DNA from: Cirrosporium novae-zelandiae
Taxonomy: Eukaryota
Assembly: GCA_026023565.1 (NCBI GenBank)
Contig: JAPETS010000044.1
Coordinates: 1 to 64,000, forward strand
Reading direction: 5' to 3'
DNA length: 64,000 nucleotides
Positions 24,658 through 36,940 of the stretch are shown here, in pieces. A program made the position numbers and the translations under genes. Within the stretch, counting starts at the first letter, position 1; every line of letters begins with the position of its first letter. A model generated the notes under the pieces. The model was not told the origin of the DNA, did not search any database, and saw only the letters and a list, made by a program, of their open reading frames with translations.

Positions 24658-25482
24658 ACCGAGATGAGTATTTCAAGATGATTGAATTCGTATACGATAT
24701 TTGGTGTAAATGTACATGTCTTTATGGAACTGGCGCGAAAACGGGAATGTTTGATTATTATGAGATGGGATTCTGTGCGATAGTCTGTGATGATACCAAA
24801 CACCAAGCATGGGTGCTTCAGGAGGAAAGGATTCAATTATGATTATCAAGTGCGAATATCAGAAAAAAAATATATTTAGTTTTTAACGATAGATTAGATG
24901 AGTGCTACAGCAAAGGATGGAGTAGATATTTGGATATAGTAAGGATTTTCGGATCTTATCGTCAAGGATGTTCTGTAGTATCTCGTGGTGGGGTTGGATC
25001 GTTGGATCTCTTTGTTGTCCTAAAGTCTGGAGTCCCAACACACCGCATATGGATTGAAAAGAACATTCCATCAACTTTTCACTGTATCTGGGATAAATTG
25101 GGTAGAGAGTATGAAATGAATAAAATTTTGGTCTAATAAATAATCAGCCCAAGGCCAAAGGACGCGGTCATAGAACATGTGATTATGATTGGTCTGTGGT
25201 TGGCTCCAACCCCAACTCGTTCTTCCACGCTCTTTTCTCGCCAAAAATTATTCCTCACAAACCAAATCTTGGACGACTTCTCTACCACTTCCCCCCAAAA
25301 CAACTCAAAGATCCACGTCAGAGACCTGCCTATCGCTTTATCCTTTGATCGGTCGTTGATCTCGCCATCTGCCATAATCACGTTCGATACCAGCGCAAAC
25401 GTGGGGCAACTGGGGTAGCGCTCTTGCGCCTCTCAACCATTTGCTTTGCGCAACTACACCTTTTCCCTCGAAAGCGTTCAGA

Positions 25483-28400
25483 ATGTCTATCATAGCACCA
25501 GAGATTCATTCTGCCTTGGTTCAGCTGCTGGAGCTGCTTCAAACTCCTGATAATACTATCCGGGCTCAGGCTGAGTTACAGTTGACTACAGAATGGCTTG
25601 GCAAGCAACCCGATGTGCTTCTGATGGCTCTGGCCGAGCAGATGCAAGGCTCACCAGAAGCCAAGGTGACTTGAATTCTGATCCAAGTTGGATGGAGCCT
25701 AATTAACGTCATTGGTAGACTCGAACTTATGCCGCCATTTTGTTTAGACGAGTTTCTTGTCGAACTCGCAAAGTCCCAATCCCAGGAACAAACCCTCTAA
25801 GAGAGGACCAAAAGGACCTGTTTTGGTCATTGACAATTGATCAAAAGATAGCCATACGATCTAGGCTCCTGAGCTGTCTTGGCGAAGAGTCACTTTCGCA
25901 TGTGAGGAATCGGATAGGTGATGCCGTTGCTGAAATCGCTAGGCAATATTCTGATAATAGTATGTTTAAATGGATACAATTCCGGGCATGTCAGCAAGCT
26001 GATCATAAGTCACATTAGATGAACAATGGCCGGAACTTTTAGGATCCTTATTCGGATTTTCTCAGGCTCCTGATGCTGGCCAACGAGAGTGCGCCTTTCG
26101 AATTTTTACAGCCACTCCGACTATCATTGAAAAGCAACATGAAGACGTAATCCTGGCTGCTTTTACTCGAGCCTTTAAAGATGAGGGTGTTTTCGTGAGC
26201 CTCCCAACACTCGAAAACCCGACATTCAATGACTAAATATTTTGACAGATACGAATAGCTGCGATGGGAGCCTTTGCTGCATTTTTCCGATCAATTTCCA
26301 AAAAGTCACAAAAAAAATATTACCCTCTGCTTCCGGAGGTCTTGAATGTGCTGCCACCTTTGAGAGACAGCGGTGATACGGAACAGCTCTCGGCGGCTTT
26401 GCTGGCATTAATAGAGCTTGCTGAAGCTGCGCCAGCAATGTTCAAACCCCTATTCAATAATCTAGTCATTTTCAGCGTATCAGTGATACAAGATAAAGAC
26501 CTGGGAGACCAATCTAGACAGAACGCTCTGGAGCTCATGGCTACATTTGCGGACACTGCTGCTCCGATGTGTCGGAAAGATCCGAAATTCGCGTCTGAAA
26601 TGGTCACCCAGTGCCTGAGTCTGATGACCGAAATTGGAATTGACGATGATGATGCGAAGGAGTGGCTGGAAGCGGAGGATGTGAGTCCAACATTTTCTAA
26701 TAGAATGATTTGTTCTCATATGTTTATAGGTTGATACCGACGAAAGCGACTCAAACCACGTCACCGGTGAACAGTGTATGGATCGTCTAGCAACCAGACT
26801 CGGCGGGGCGACACTCTTGCCTCCTACATTCAATTGGTTGCCAAGAATGATTACCTCAGCTACATGGAGAGATCGACATGCGGCATTGATGGCGATTTCT
26901 GCCATATCGGAAGGATGCCGGGATCTCATGATTGGTGAACTGGGAAAAGTCCTTGAGCTCGTGGTTCCCACGCTGCAGGATCCGCATCCAAGAGTGCGCT
27001 GGGCAGGATGCAATGCTCTTGGTCAGATGAGTACTGATTTTGCAACGACAATGCAAGAAAAGTTCCACCAGGTAGTCCTTTCGCGCCTTATTCCTGTTTT
27101 GGGGTCAGCAGAGGCCAGGGTGCAATCTCATGCCGCTGCTGCTTTGGTGAATTTCTGCGAGGAGGCAGAGAAATCTACGTTGGAGCCATATCTAGACGAT
27201 TTGCTCAGTCATCTATTCCGGCTTTTAGAAAGCGAGAAATTATTCGTTCAAGAGCAGGCGCTTTCTACCATCGCTACGATTGCTGATTCATCTGAAAATG
27301 CCTTTGGAAAGTACTATGATACCCTTATGCCTTTACTTTTTAGTGTTCTCCGCCAAGAAGCTCAAAAGGAGAATCGGTTGTTGCGAGCCAAAGCAATGGA
27401 ATGCGCTACTCTCATTGCCTTGGCAGTGGGCAAGGAGAAAATGGGTCAAGATGCAGTTGAGTTGGTCAATATACTTGGAAATATCCAGCAAAGTATTACC
27501 GATGCAGATGATCCTCAAGCAACATATTTACTCCATTGCTGGGGACGAATGTGCCGAATCCTTGGAACCGACTTTTTACCATACCTGCCTGCGGTTATGC
27601 CTCCTTTGATGCTACTTGCGAGTGCCTCGGCTGACATTGAGCTGATTGAAGACGAAGATGAGGTTCGAAAGTACGAGGGGGAAGAGGGCTGGGAGCTTGT
27701 GCCAATAAAGGGGAAGACCATCGGCATCAAAACAAGCACACTGGATGACAAGAACATGGCAATCGAGCTGATCGCCATCTACACCGAAATTCTGCAAGAG
27801 CACTTTGAACCATATGTTCCTGAGATTATGGAGAAGATTGTGGTTCCTGGTCTCGCTTTCTTCTTCCATGATCCCGTTCGGGTTTCCTCTGCCAAATGTA
27901 TTCCATATCTCTTGACATCATACAAAAAAGCGCATGGTGTACAATCTCCGCAATTCCAGATGCTTTGGGCCAAAACACTCAAAGAAATCCTGGAAATCCT
28001 CTCAGCTGAACCTGCCATAGATACTCTGGCTGAGATGTACCAATGTTTCTATGAGTCTGTGGAGGTCGTCGGCAAGGATTGCATGGGGGAAGAGCACATG
28101 CAAGCATTCATCAAGTCTGCCAAGTCGACCCTGGAAGACTATCAAACACGAGTGAAACAACGTGAGGAAGAAGAGGTTGAAAATGACGAACTCGAGGGCT
28201 CTGACGAAGATCTTCTGTACGCTATCGATGAGGACCAGAGCCTTCTCTCCGATATGAACAAGGCCTTCCACACCATCTTCAAGCATCACGGTCCCGCTTT
28301 CCTTCAAGCATGGTCTTTGCTTCTTCCTTTCTATGATGCGTTTCTTACCAACCCCGATCCAACAAATCGTCAATGGGCTCTCTGCATCATGGATGACGTC

Positions 28401-29064
28401 ATTGAATTTTGTGGTGAGCAATCTTGGACTTTCTCCGACCACATACTGCAACCCCTCGTTCAAGGTATGGCCGATGATGCCGCTGCAAACCGTCAAGCCG
28501 CTTCCTACGGCGTAGGTGTTGCAGCGCAGAAGGGAGGACCGGCGTGGAGTGAGTTTGTTGCGTCCAGTATTCCAGCTCTGTTTCAGGTATGCGCCCACGC
28601 TCACGCAAGAGAGGATGATCATGTATATGCGACGGAGAATGCATGCGCTAGCATCGCTAAAATCTTACGTTTCAACGCCAGTAAGGTTGCAAATGTACAA
28701 GAGGTTGTCAACCACTGGATCAATACGCTTCCTTGTACAAACGACGAGGAGGCCGCGCCGCATGCATATACTTTCCTCGCACAGTTAATAGACCAGTATG
28801 CCCTTCCCCTCTCATGTCCTTGGATGTTTAAGCTAATTCCTGTCGCACAGACAAAATCCCGCTGTCATATCCCCAACATCAGCGCCTAACATATTTACAT
28901 CCATAGCTAAAGCTCTGGATGCCGAGACTCTACAAGGCCAGAATGCGGTCCGAGTAATTGAGGCAGCTAAGAAGCTTGTTCAGGCTACAAGCCTGGATGT
29001 GAACGCCATTTTTAGTACATGGGATCCAGACATGCAACGAAGTGTTAGGGGTTACTTCTCTTAA
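25483..29064 (+). CDS. PSE1: Importin beta-3 / karyopherin Kap121 (Pse1, importin-5), multi-exon
   Basis: HEAT-repeat protein with MDRLATRLGG, WRDRHAALMAISAISEGC, DPHPRVRWAGCNALGQMSTDF, RVQSHAAAALVNFCE, LLRAKAMECATLI, IGIKTSTLDDK; ends RGYFS-stop. Confidence 0.93.
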
Positions 29065-31268
29065 ACGAACATGGAAAGGAGGCTTCAAGGCTGGAAGCCG
29101 TGGTTGGGGATGAATGATGGAATGTGTATTGGAATTACGAACGAAGAGATGTGACGCGATGGATGATAGATGGATTTGACAAAAGCAAGATGTCTTGGCT
29201 TGAGCTGGGCAGAATAGATGGTCGCTGGTCCGGAGTCCACTGACATCTTTAGTTAGCTCCATGTTGAGTGATTGGCAAATGAGACCCATAATTGAATCTT
29301 TAGACAACCACAGTTTATTACTAAATAACTACTGTCATCTTATAATTTTATCATTTCCGTCGTAGGATTTAGGTGCAGTCAAGGTGAAACTAAGATTGCG
29401 TTCCAACCTTACAGTATGTGAGGTTTGGTGTTATCCAAGGCTACTCATTCCCACCAACCTGGCTATCTCGAAAGTACCACCATCCAATAGAAAGTACGGC
29501 GACTCCTGACAGCAAAACCTTGATTTTTATGTGTTTGAAATTAGTCTTCCAGATTTAACTTGGAAATCTGGCTGCCTGGACTATTTACTGTAGCTTGGAG
29601 GACAAGAGGCAAACTATTGACCATTTTTCTACTTCTTTGTACCCCCCCCAATGGGTACACAAGCCTCCTTTAAGCCTCTTGAGGTACCTTGGGATATAAT
29701 TATTGGCTGCAAACGGCTACACCTCCCTTCTCTCATCTATCCACCACATGTCATTTTTGTCCTGTGCGTGCAACCTCGACACAAGTTTGTTTTTATTTTC
29801 CACCCAGCGCTCATCCATCTAGGGCTAATCGGCCTTGTTCATTTGTATTCATCACTTCTGTCCTAGCACATATCCGAGCCTGTTGAAAGGTTGCACAGAA
29901 AGCAGCCCAGTTCACATCCGAGTGACCATCCTTTTGACCGCACCTTACGGAGGTTTCTTGACTATTGAAGATGGTCTACTTTCCCTGCCACTGTCCCGGT
30001 AGTATCTCACCGATTGAAGGAGTCGAATACGGGATGTATAGCTGTTCGATGCATCCTATTTGGTTGGAATGATGGTTGATAGAAGGGTAAAAATCATGAG
30101 ACAAGGAAAAGCTGAATCAGACACGTGGAATTTAGGTATTCCCAAAGCTCTCGTATCGCAGTGTTCCTGCGGGTGACATGGTTAGTGATTGATCGCTGAG
30201 TGTCGCAAAGATATACGAAACATAAAGTTCGATCTGCCAAGGGTTGCACTAACCTGTTAGAGCCGTTCTGTCAAAGGCTGATGCTGACATCCCCCGCCCA
30301 TGAAGGATCGTCATCAAGGTAGATTTTATATTTATCCAACCATTAACTATGCTTTATACGAACTTTTTACCCTATAAAAACTACAAACTACAGACTTACA
30401 CTTGACAACCCATCATATGACTCGCCTACCTGGGGAATCCAAATGATCATCTGTACCTCTGCTGTCAAACACAAACATATTTCTAGCTATTTCTATCTAA
30501 AGTTGTTGCGCCCTGGTTCCTGACTGCTATTTCTAGAGCCTGGCTTTTGTCCGTACCAATTATTTCTACGGGCGCTGTATTGGAATTCATGACAGCCACT
30601 TTCTGGTTGCGGCCAGAGGCTGGTGATGATATCTATCTAGCCGAAGTAATTTCTCTCCCAAATGCAAAATCCTCTTTGCTATGAATCGACTTGATCGATG
30701 CCACTGGATTCTGTGCGACAGATGAACTCGTAGGCGATGGCGTACCTACTATACCGAGTGACATTGTTTGCTTGTAAATTCGAGCAGGTTAATGAGCCTT
30801 GGCTCATCATATCATGTCATCACATTAACACATCCTTCAGCCAGTTCATCTCAGCTAAGCCTTCTCGCCTATTGGGTACGACTGCGGCAACATGGACTAC
30901 TTCTCGTCATGCAATGGTTGTATTGACGGACTGACCGCGTCCATTATTGTCAAAAATCCATTGGTATGGCGGTGGGAGGCGTGGTCCTGCGGTATATTGA
31001 GGATCTGGATCAAAGGATCTCCTACCTCGACATTACTAACTGTGATGCAACAGTCTCGGAGAATATGGGTGAGGGTTGGCGTCCTCGTATTAGTGTAATC
31101 GCATTTTGATGCTGTCCCTTGGAGATATATAAAGGGGTCATTTCTCCTTGGTTGTTCTCATTATTCAACCAAACATATCAGAATCAATTCTCAAGCCCTT
31201 CTAGTCAGACATATTGCAAAAGCAGCATATCCCCAACCAACTTAGTTCAAGCTATTCAATCATTCAAA

Positions 31269-31660
31269 ATGAAGACCTTGACCATTTCCGCTGCTGTTGC
31301 ATTCCTCGCCGCCATTGCTTCTGCGGCCCCGGCTCCAGCTCCAGTTCAACGTCGCGATACTGCCTATGCTAGTGTTACGTTTGAGGGCGCACCTCCTGAT
31401 GACGCTTACTTTACCATGTCCATTCCGGTTTACAGTTCTACTTCTATCAGTATGTCAAGAAATTGTGCCTTGTCTACCTCTATCATAAACTAACTATTAT
31501 AATAGCCAACTCCCTCAGCATTTCGCACATTAGCGTCGGAACTGGTGCTGGCTGCTACTTTTCTGGTATCGATGGTGGCTCCACGGTTGTTCATAGTGGT
31601 CAAACTATAGATGTCGGACCTCCCCAGACTCAAGTCTCTGCCTACTGCTGGGAGGAGTAA
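31269..31660 (+). CDS. Small secreted protein (signal peptide, RR processing site, 2 Cys), 2 exons
   Basis: MKTLTISAAVAFLAAIASAAPAPAPVQRR; intron 31450-31505; C-terminus CYFSGIDGG...VGPPQTQVSAYC; TATA-like GATATATAAA near 31123. Confidence 0.85.
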
Positions 31661-31959
31661 ACAGCCATTCATTTACATGGGTGGGTCATGGATACTTTAG
31701 GTCAAGACCTGAGGATGGGAAATGGGCATGGACAAGGCGTGGGATAGCATGGAATTGGGAATTGGACGGAGGGGACAGGAGTAAGGGAAATCATAAGGGG
31801 ATTGAAGTTTATCTTCTAGCCACTCTTTTAACTGTTTAGCTAGCTAGCAATAAGTAATTTCATCCCTCCTCTCAGAAAATATTATCCTTGGTGGATATGT
31901 GGTGTTGTTGATACATAGGTACCGTACCTAGGGAGTTATGATAACTGTGACGGCAAGAA

Positions 31960-32546
31960 ATAGTTCCAGCTCGGACCGACCATTGGTGGATCTGACCGAA
32001 GGTCCGGATATTCGGATATTTCATGGAATCTTGCGGCGTGAGCCGATAAGCTTGTTTTGGTAATACCGTTACCCGATATGGTAACTGTTGTTTGGATAGA
32101 TAACCTTATAGTGGACACCTTCCCCCCCCTAAGCATCCCATTCCATATCTTGAAGTTCCGTATTGCATTTTGTAGTTTTGTTTACTGTTAGTTTCTGCTT
32201 CTGAGTTTATTATCAGGTGCTTGGCCCAATTCTATTCATTTTGCTTTTATCCAGTTGATTCTTAATGTCCAACGTGCAAGCTCTTGGCTCTCGAGATAGG
32301 CCTCTTGGCCTTTGGGAGATAGGCAATTGGCTTTACCGATATCAATAGCTAACTGTTTGACTTATCGCAATATGTAAATTCTTAATGTTTCCCGATCATG
32401 ATATGCTTCTCCGTTTACTCGTGTGGTTGACCTAATGGAACTCCGATATCAAAGAAATGATATCTACTTAACGTGCATCATGTCTCTCACTCTTTACACG
32501 TTCCTTTCCTTGCAGTTGTCACCTAACTCGATCCATATTTTTCGGC
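31960..32546 (+). promoter_or_regulatory. Permease promoter with repeated CCGATA/CGG and GATA elements
   Basis: CCGATA at 32043, 32073, 32336 and 32443; CCGGATATTCGG at 32004; GATAAG at 32045. Confidence 0.4.
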
Positions 32547-34609
32547 ATGGCGAATGTTAAGAGTAACGATATCAAGCCTTCACCCCCTAAGGAGATAGCC
32601 ACCGTTGATGTCGAAGATGGAGAACTCAAGAGCTTGAATATATCTAAGGTCGACGAGGCTGAGATCTTCTTGCGTGAACATGATTATGATTGGGGGCAGG
32701 TCGAAACCTTGCTAAGCGACAAGGCCAAGCTGGGGAAGCTTATCCGCAAAGTTGACTGGATAATAATGCCTCTTCTCTGCGGGACATACTGCCTCCAGTA
32801 TATCGACAAGCAGGCATTATCTTACAGTGCTGTGTTTGATCTGCTTGATGAGACCAATTTGACAGGCGATGAGTATTCATGGCTTGGGAGTATATTTTAT
32901 TTTGGTATGTTTTATCTGGGACTCATTCTAAACCTTGTGTGAAAGAAAAACGAGGGTTTGCGTCGCGCACGATGCTAATTAGATGCTAATTATCTTCAGG
33001 CTATCTCTTCTGGGAGTATCCAGCCAGTTATATTGCCCAGCGTTTTAAGATGGGCAAATTCATTTCCCTAGTAGTGTACGTTCTCTTATAAATCTAGGCC
33101 GACTCGAGTTAGCTGACCTTGGACTAGGGTTCTCTGGGGGGCTGTTTTGATGCTTACCGCCGCGGCACACGACTTTGCAGGACTTGCAGCCTGTCGTTTT
33201 TTTCTGGGATGTCTTGAAGGTTGGCAACGTCACTTTAAATATTATAATATAGCACTGTCTAATCGTTATTCATATAGCGCCCATTACCCCATGTTTCATG
33301 TTGATAGTTGGCGCCTGGTATAGCCGACAGGGCCAACCTGCTCGAGCTGGCTTGTTTTACTGCTTCAACGGCGTTGGAGCAATGATAGGCGGCGTCCTGA
33401 CATATGGTATTGGTCAAGTAGACAACTTCCCAGTCTACCAAGCAATCTACCTCGTCACCGGAGGCTTGACAGTTTTGTGGGGGATACTCTTATTTTGGCG
33501 ACTTCCAGACCACGTTCTAACCACAAAGCTGTTCACCACCGAGGAGAAGCTGATGATTGTTGGAATTGGGAAAAGAAATCAAACTGTAAGCTTCAGTCTT
33601 TCCACAGTATTTATCGTACCTGTCCTCATCCTCTGTGTTTGACCAGGGCTTTTATAACCACCATATCAAACTCTACCAAATTAAAGAGGTATTCATGGAC
33701 CTCCAAGTCTGGATCTGCTTTCTGTTCGCGACGATTAACGAGCTCGTCAATGGAGGTATTGCAAACGTAAGCAAAACAATACCACAACAACAGCAACCTT
33801 TTCACAAAAGACATATCTCCTAACACCCAGAAAATAGTTTGGAAAATTAATCATCAAAGGCATGGTCAACGACCCACTGAAGACGGTTGCCTTGGGAATC
33901 CCCCAAGGAGCATTCACCTTGGTTTATGTATCCACGGGTCCTTGGCTCGCCACCAAGTACAAGAACGCTCGATGCTACATCATGGCGTTATATCTCATCC
34001 CATCAATCATCGGATCAGGCATCCTATGGAAGCTACCGCAATCCAACGAAATCGGAAGATTATTCGGATACTACATTGTAACCCCCCTACCCTCCCCTTC
34101 CCCTCTCAAAAACCCACCCACCCAACTAACCCCCCTCCCCTTCATAGACATCCTCCTACGTCGGCTCCCTAGTAATAGTCCTCCAAATGCCCGCCTGCAA
34201 CCTCCGCGGCTACACCAAACGTGTCACAGGAACCGCCTTCGTATTCCTAGGCTACTGTCTCGGCAACATCATCGGCCCCCACGCCTTCCTCTCCAGCGAA
34301 GCCCCCTATTACCAAACCGGTTGCGAAATGATGATGGCGTGTGCGATTTGTGAACTTGGGTTGGCGGTTATGTTGAGGGTGCTTTTGGTTAGGAGGAATA
34401 GGATTCGGGATCGGAAGAGGGCGGAGATGGAGAGTAATGGAGAGAAGGGGGGGGAGGAAGAGGGGGGGAGGGAGACTTTGCTTGATCAGACGGATTTTGA
34501 GGTATGTGTTTTTCAATTCTGTTTCTTTTTTTTCTTCCAGAGAAAGGAGCAATAAACTAACTTGATATCTACGTGATTCTAGGACGTCAATTTCAGATAT
34601 CAGTACTGA
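32547..34609 (+). CDS. MFS transporter of the allantoate permease (Dal5/ACS) family, multi-exon
   Basis: LIRKVDWIIMPLLCGTYCLQYIDKQALSYSAVF, YSWLGSIFYFG, CRFFLGCLE, NLRGYTKRVT...GYCLGNIIGPHAF, C-terminal LDQTDFE-DVNFRYQY-stop. Confidence 0.92.
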
Positions 34610-34962
34610 AAAAACATGCACGATCACTCAAATCCAACCGATTGCAAAAAAAAACTCCCCAATCAATATCCCGAAACTTATATCCGGGAAACCCCTTTGA
34701 ATGATAAAAATAGGGTCTTTTATATCTATATATAGCTAGCTTAATGGCATTATTATTTTTTATTTCTAGTGAAGGTATGGTGTGCTAATTGAAGGGGAAG
34801 GGGGTGTAGAGGTCGTGGGGTTGTGATGGGTAGAGTAAAATGTTGGAGAATTCGAGTCGTAAATAAATAGATGAAATAAAACAAAAGACTATAAGTTCTA
34901 CTAAGTAATCCCGGCACAGTCATGACTTTATCCTAATACCGATGGTATCCGCTCAAGTAACG

Positions 34963-35021
34963 GAGTGGGGTGGAGTTGATGTGGAGTGGAGTTGATGTGG
35001 AGTGGAGTGGAGTGGAGTGGG
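34963..35021. repeat. (GTGGA)n-type pentanucleotide microsatellite
   Basis: GGAGTGGGGTGGAGTTGATGTGGAGTGGAGTTGATGTGGAGTGGAGTGGAGTGGAGTGG. Confidence 0.8.
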
Positions 35022-35221
35022 ATACACCATGCATGGGTGTTTTTTTTGTTGTGGCTTGGCTGGGTAGTTAGGTAATTAGGTACCTAGATAGATAAGAATG
35101 GTTAGCTTTCCTTCTAACAACTAATAAATATAAGCCTTGAAGATTTTATATTTTTATATATATATTTTTTGTTCTTCTATTATCCAACCAGCCCTCCCCC
35201 CTCCCCCCCCTCACATATCAT

Positions 35222-36361
35222 TCAAAAAACACTAGCATAAGAATTCAACGCCAACTGCCCCCCCAAATGGGCATAAAGCACACAACTCCCCTCTTCAAAT
35301 TCTTTTTTGCGCGCCATATCCACCATCCCCGCAAGACTCTTCCCCTCATAAACCGGATCCGTGATAAACGCTTCTGTTGCCGCTCCATAGCGAATCGCAT
35401 CCAGTGTGCGCTGATCCGGAACCCCGTAGCAGCCCGCATGGTATCTGGGATCTAGAACTATATCTTCTAATGTTATAGCGTCGGCGCCCAGGCCGATCAT
35501 CTCGGCAGTTTGTTTGGCGAGTCTCAAAACTGTTTGGCGGGTTTCTTCAGGGCGGCCGGAGGCGTCTATGCCGATGACCTTGCGTTTGCGTTGATTGGGG
35601 AGGGTTTCGAGGAGCTTGAAGCCGGCGACTATCCCCGCCATGGTGGAGCCCGTGACGGCGCAGACGATGATGTGGGTGAAGAATATGTTTAGGGATTTTT
35701 CTTGGGCGGCGGTTTCGAAGGCCCAGCGGGCGAAGCCGAGGCCGCCGAGCGGGTGGTCCGAGGCTCCCGCTGGGATTAGGTAGGGGGTGTGGCCTGCGGA
35801 GGTGATGGAGGCGCAGATGGAGGCGAGGCGGTCTTGGTCGTTTTTGTGCTCGAAGGCTGTGGGGGTTGTGCCGTCGGTTACGAGGGTAGGTTGTTTGTTG
35901 TTGTTGTTGGCGGTGGATGCGGGGGCGATGGGAGCCCCGATGGTGATGTGTGCGGCCATGAGGTTTGAGAGTTGCAGGTTTGCCACCTTATCGTACATCG
36001 GGGCGTCGTCCCCGGGCACCCAGTGTTCCTGGAGGAGAGAGCATGCGAGGCCGAATTTCGCGGCTACGGCTGCGACCTGGCGCGTGTGGTTGGATTGGAT
36101 CCCGCCCACGCTGACGAGGGTGTCTGCTTTTTTGGAGAGGGCGTCGGCGATTAGGTATTCGAGTTTTCGGACCTTGTTGCCCCCGAAGGCGAGGCCGGAG
36201 TTGCAGTCTTCGCGTTTGGCGTAGATTTGAATGGTTTGGCTGCTGGCTTTGCTTAGGTCGGAACTCATGCGCGGGAGGTGCTGGATTGGGGAGGGGCCGA
36301 ATAGGAGGGGGGTGCGTGAGATGGAGGCGAAGGGTTCGGGGAGGGTTATGGTGTCTGCCAT
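35222..36361 (-). CDS. acdS: 1-aminocyclopropane-1-carboxylate (ACC) deaminase, PLP-dependent, intronless
   Basis: YAKREDCNSGLAFGGNKVRKLEY (PLP Lys), GGIQSNHTRQVAA, PYLIPAGASDHPLGGLGF, CAVTGSTMAG, FITDPVYEGKS and YAHLGG. The Glu of YEG and the Leu of HLGG are the residues reported to separate ACC deaminase from D-cysteine desulfhydrase. Confidence 0.95.
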   Translation of the reverse strand: MADTITLPEPFASISRTPLLFGPSPIQHLPRMSSDLSKASSQTIQIYAKREDCNSGLAFGGNKVRKLEYLIADALSKKADTLVSVGGIQSNHTRQVAAVAAKFGLACSLLQEHWVPGDDAPMYDKVANLQLSNLMAAHITIGAPIAPASTANNNNKQPTLVTDGTTPTAFEHKNDQDRLASICASITSAGHTPYLIPAGASDHPLGGLGFARWAFETAAQEKSLNIFFTHIIVCAVTGSTMAGIVAGFKLLETLPNQRKRKVIGIDASGRPEETRQTVLRLAKQTAEMIGLGADAITLEDIVLDPRYHAGCYGVPDQRTLDAIRYGAATEAFITDPVYEGKSLAGMVDMARKKEFEEGSCVLYAHLGGQLALNSYASVF

Positions 36362-36940
36362 TGTTGGGTATTGTGTGGTTTCTTTTGGTTGTTTTTTTTC
36401 TTTCTTTCTTTTTCTTTTTTTCTTTCTGCTGATGGGATGAGATTGAGGTGTGAGTATTTAATATGATATATATATCGAGACAGAGAATCAGAGAAGGAAA
36501 CGTTAACGGGGAAAAGAAATGACAAGCTCTAGCTAGCTAGCTTGACAAAATAGAAATGTCTTGTGACTTATAAATCTGTGTCGGGAAGGGGAAAAAAAGG
36601 AAAATTAGACAAGGATGATCACATCAGCCTGAGTGGTATTGCGGCATTCGGAATTGACATATAATTGTTGGAAGGATTGGTTATTAGACAACACCATTGA
36701 AGTCGACGGAGACGATGATTGTGGTGGAGAAGTTTGGCTGTTGTCGGAAAAGTTGGTTTGACTAACGGAAACTTTGTGCGTTGACCTTTTCCCGATATTC
36801 GGCCACGTCGGGGAACTTTGAGAGATAGATAAGATAGCGACTCCTTGGTATCTTGTCGTCTTTTCCGTCGGCTGCGTTTTCCCATCAACATCAATGGTGA
36901 TCCTCTTTCCACATCAATTGTTGTTATTGATTTTCCAATA

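Noticed and set aside
35222..36361. Recent bacterial horizontal transfer of acdS because it is intronless
   Set aside because: ACC deaminases are widespread in fungi, other genes here are also intronless, and it shows the same local compositional skew as host genes; a phylogeny would be needed.
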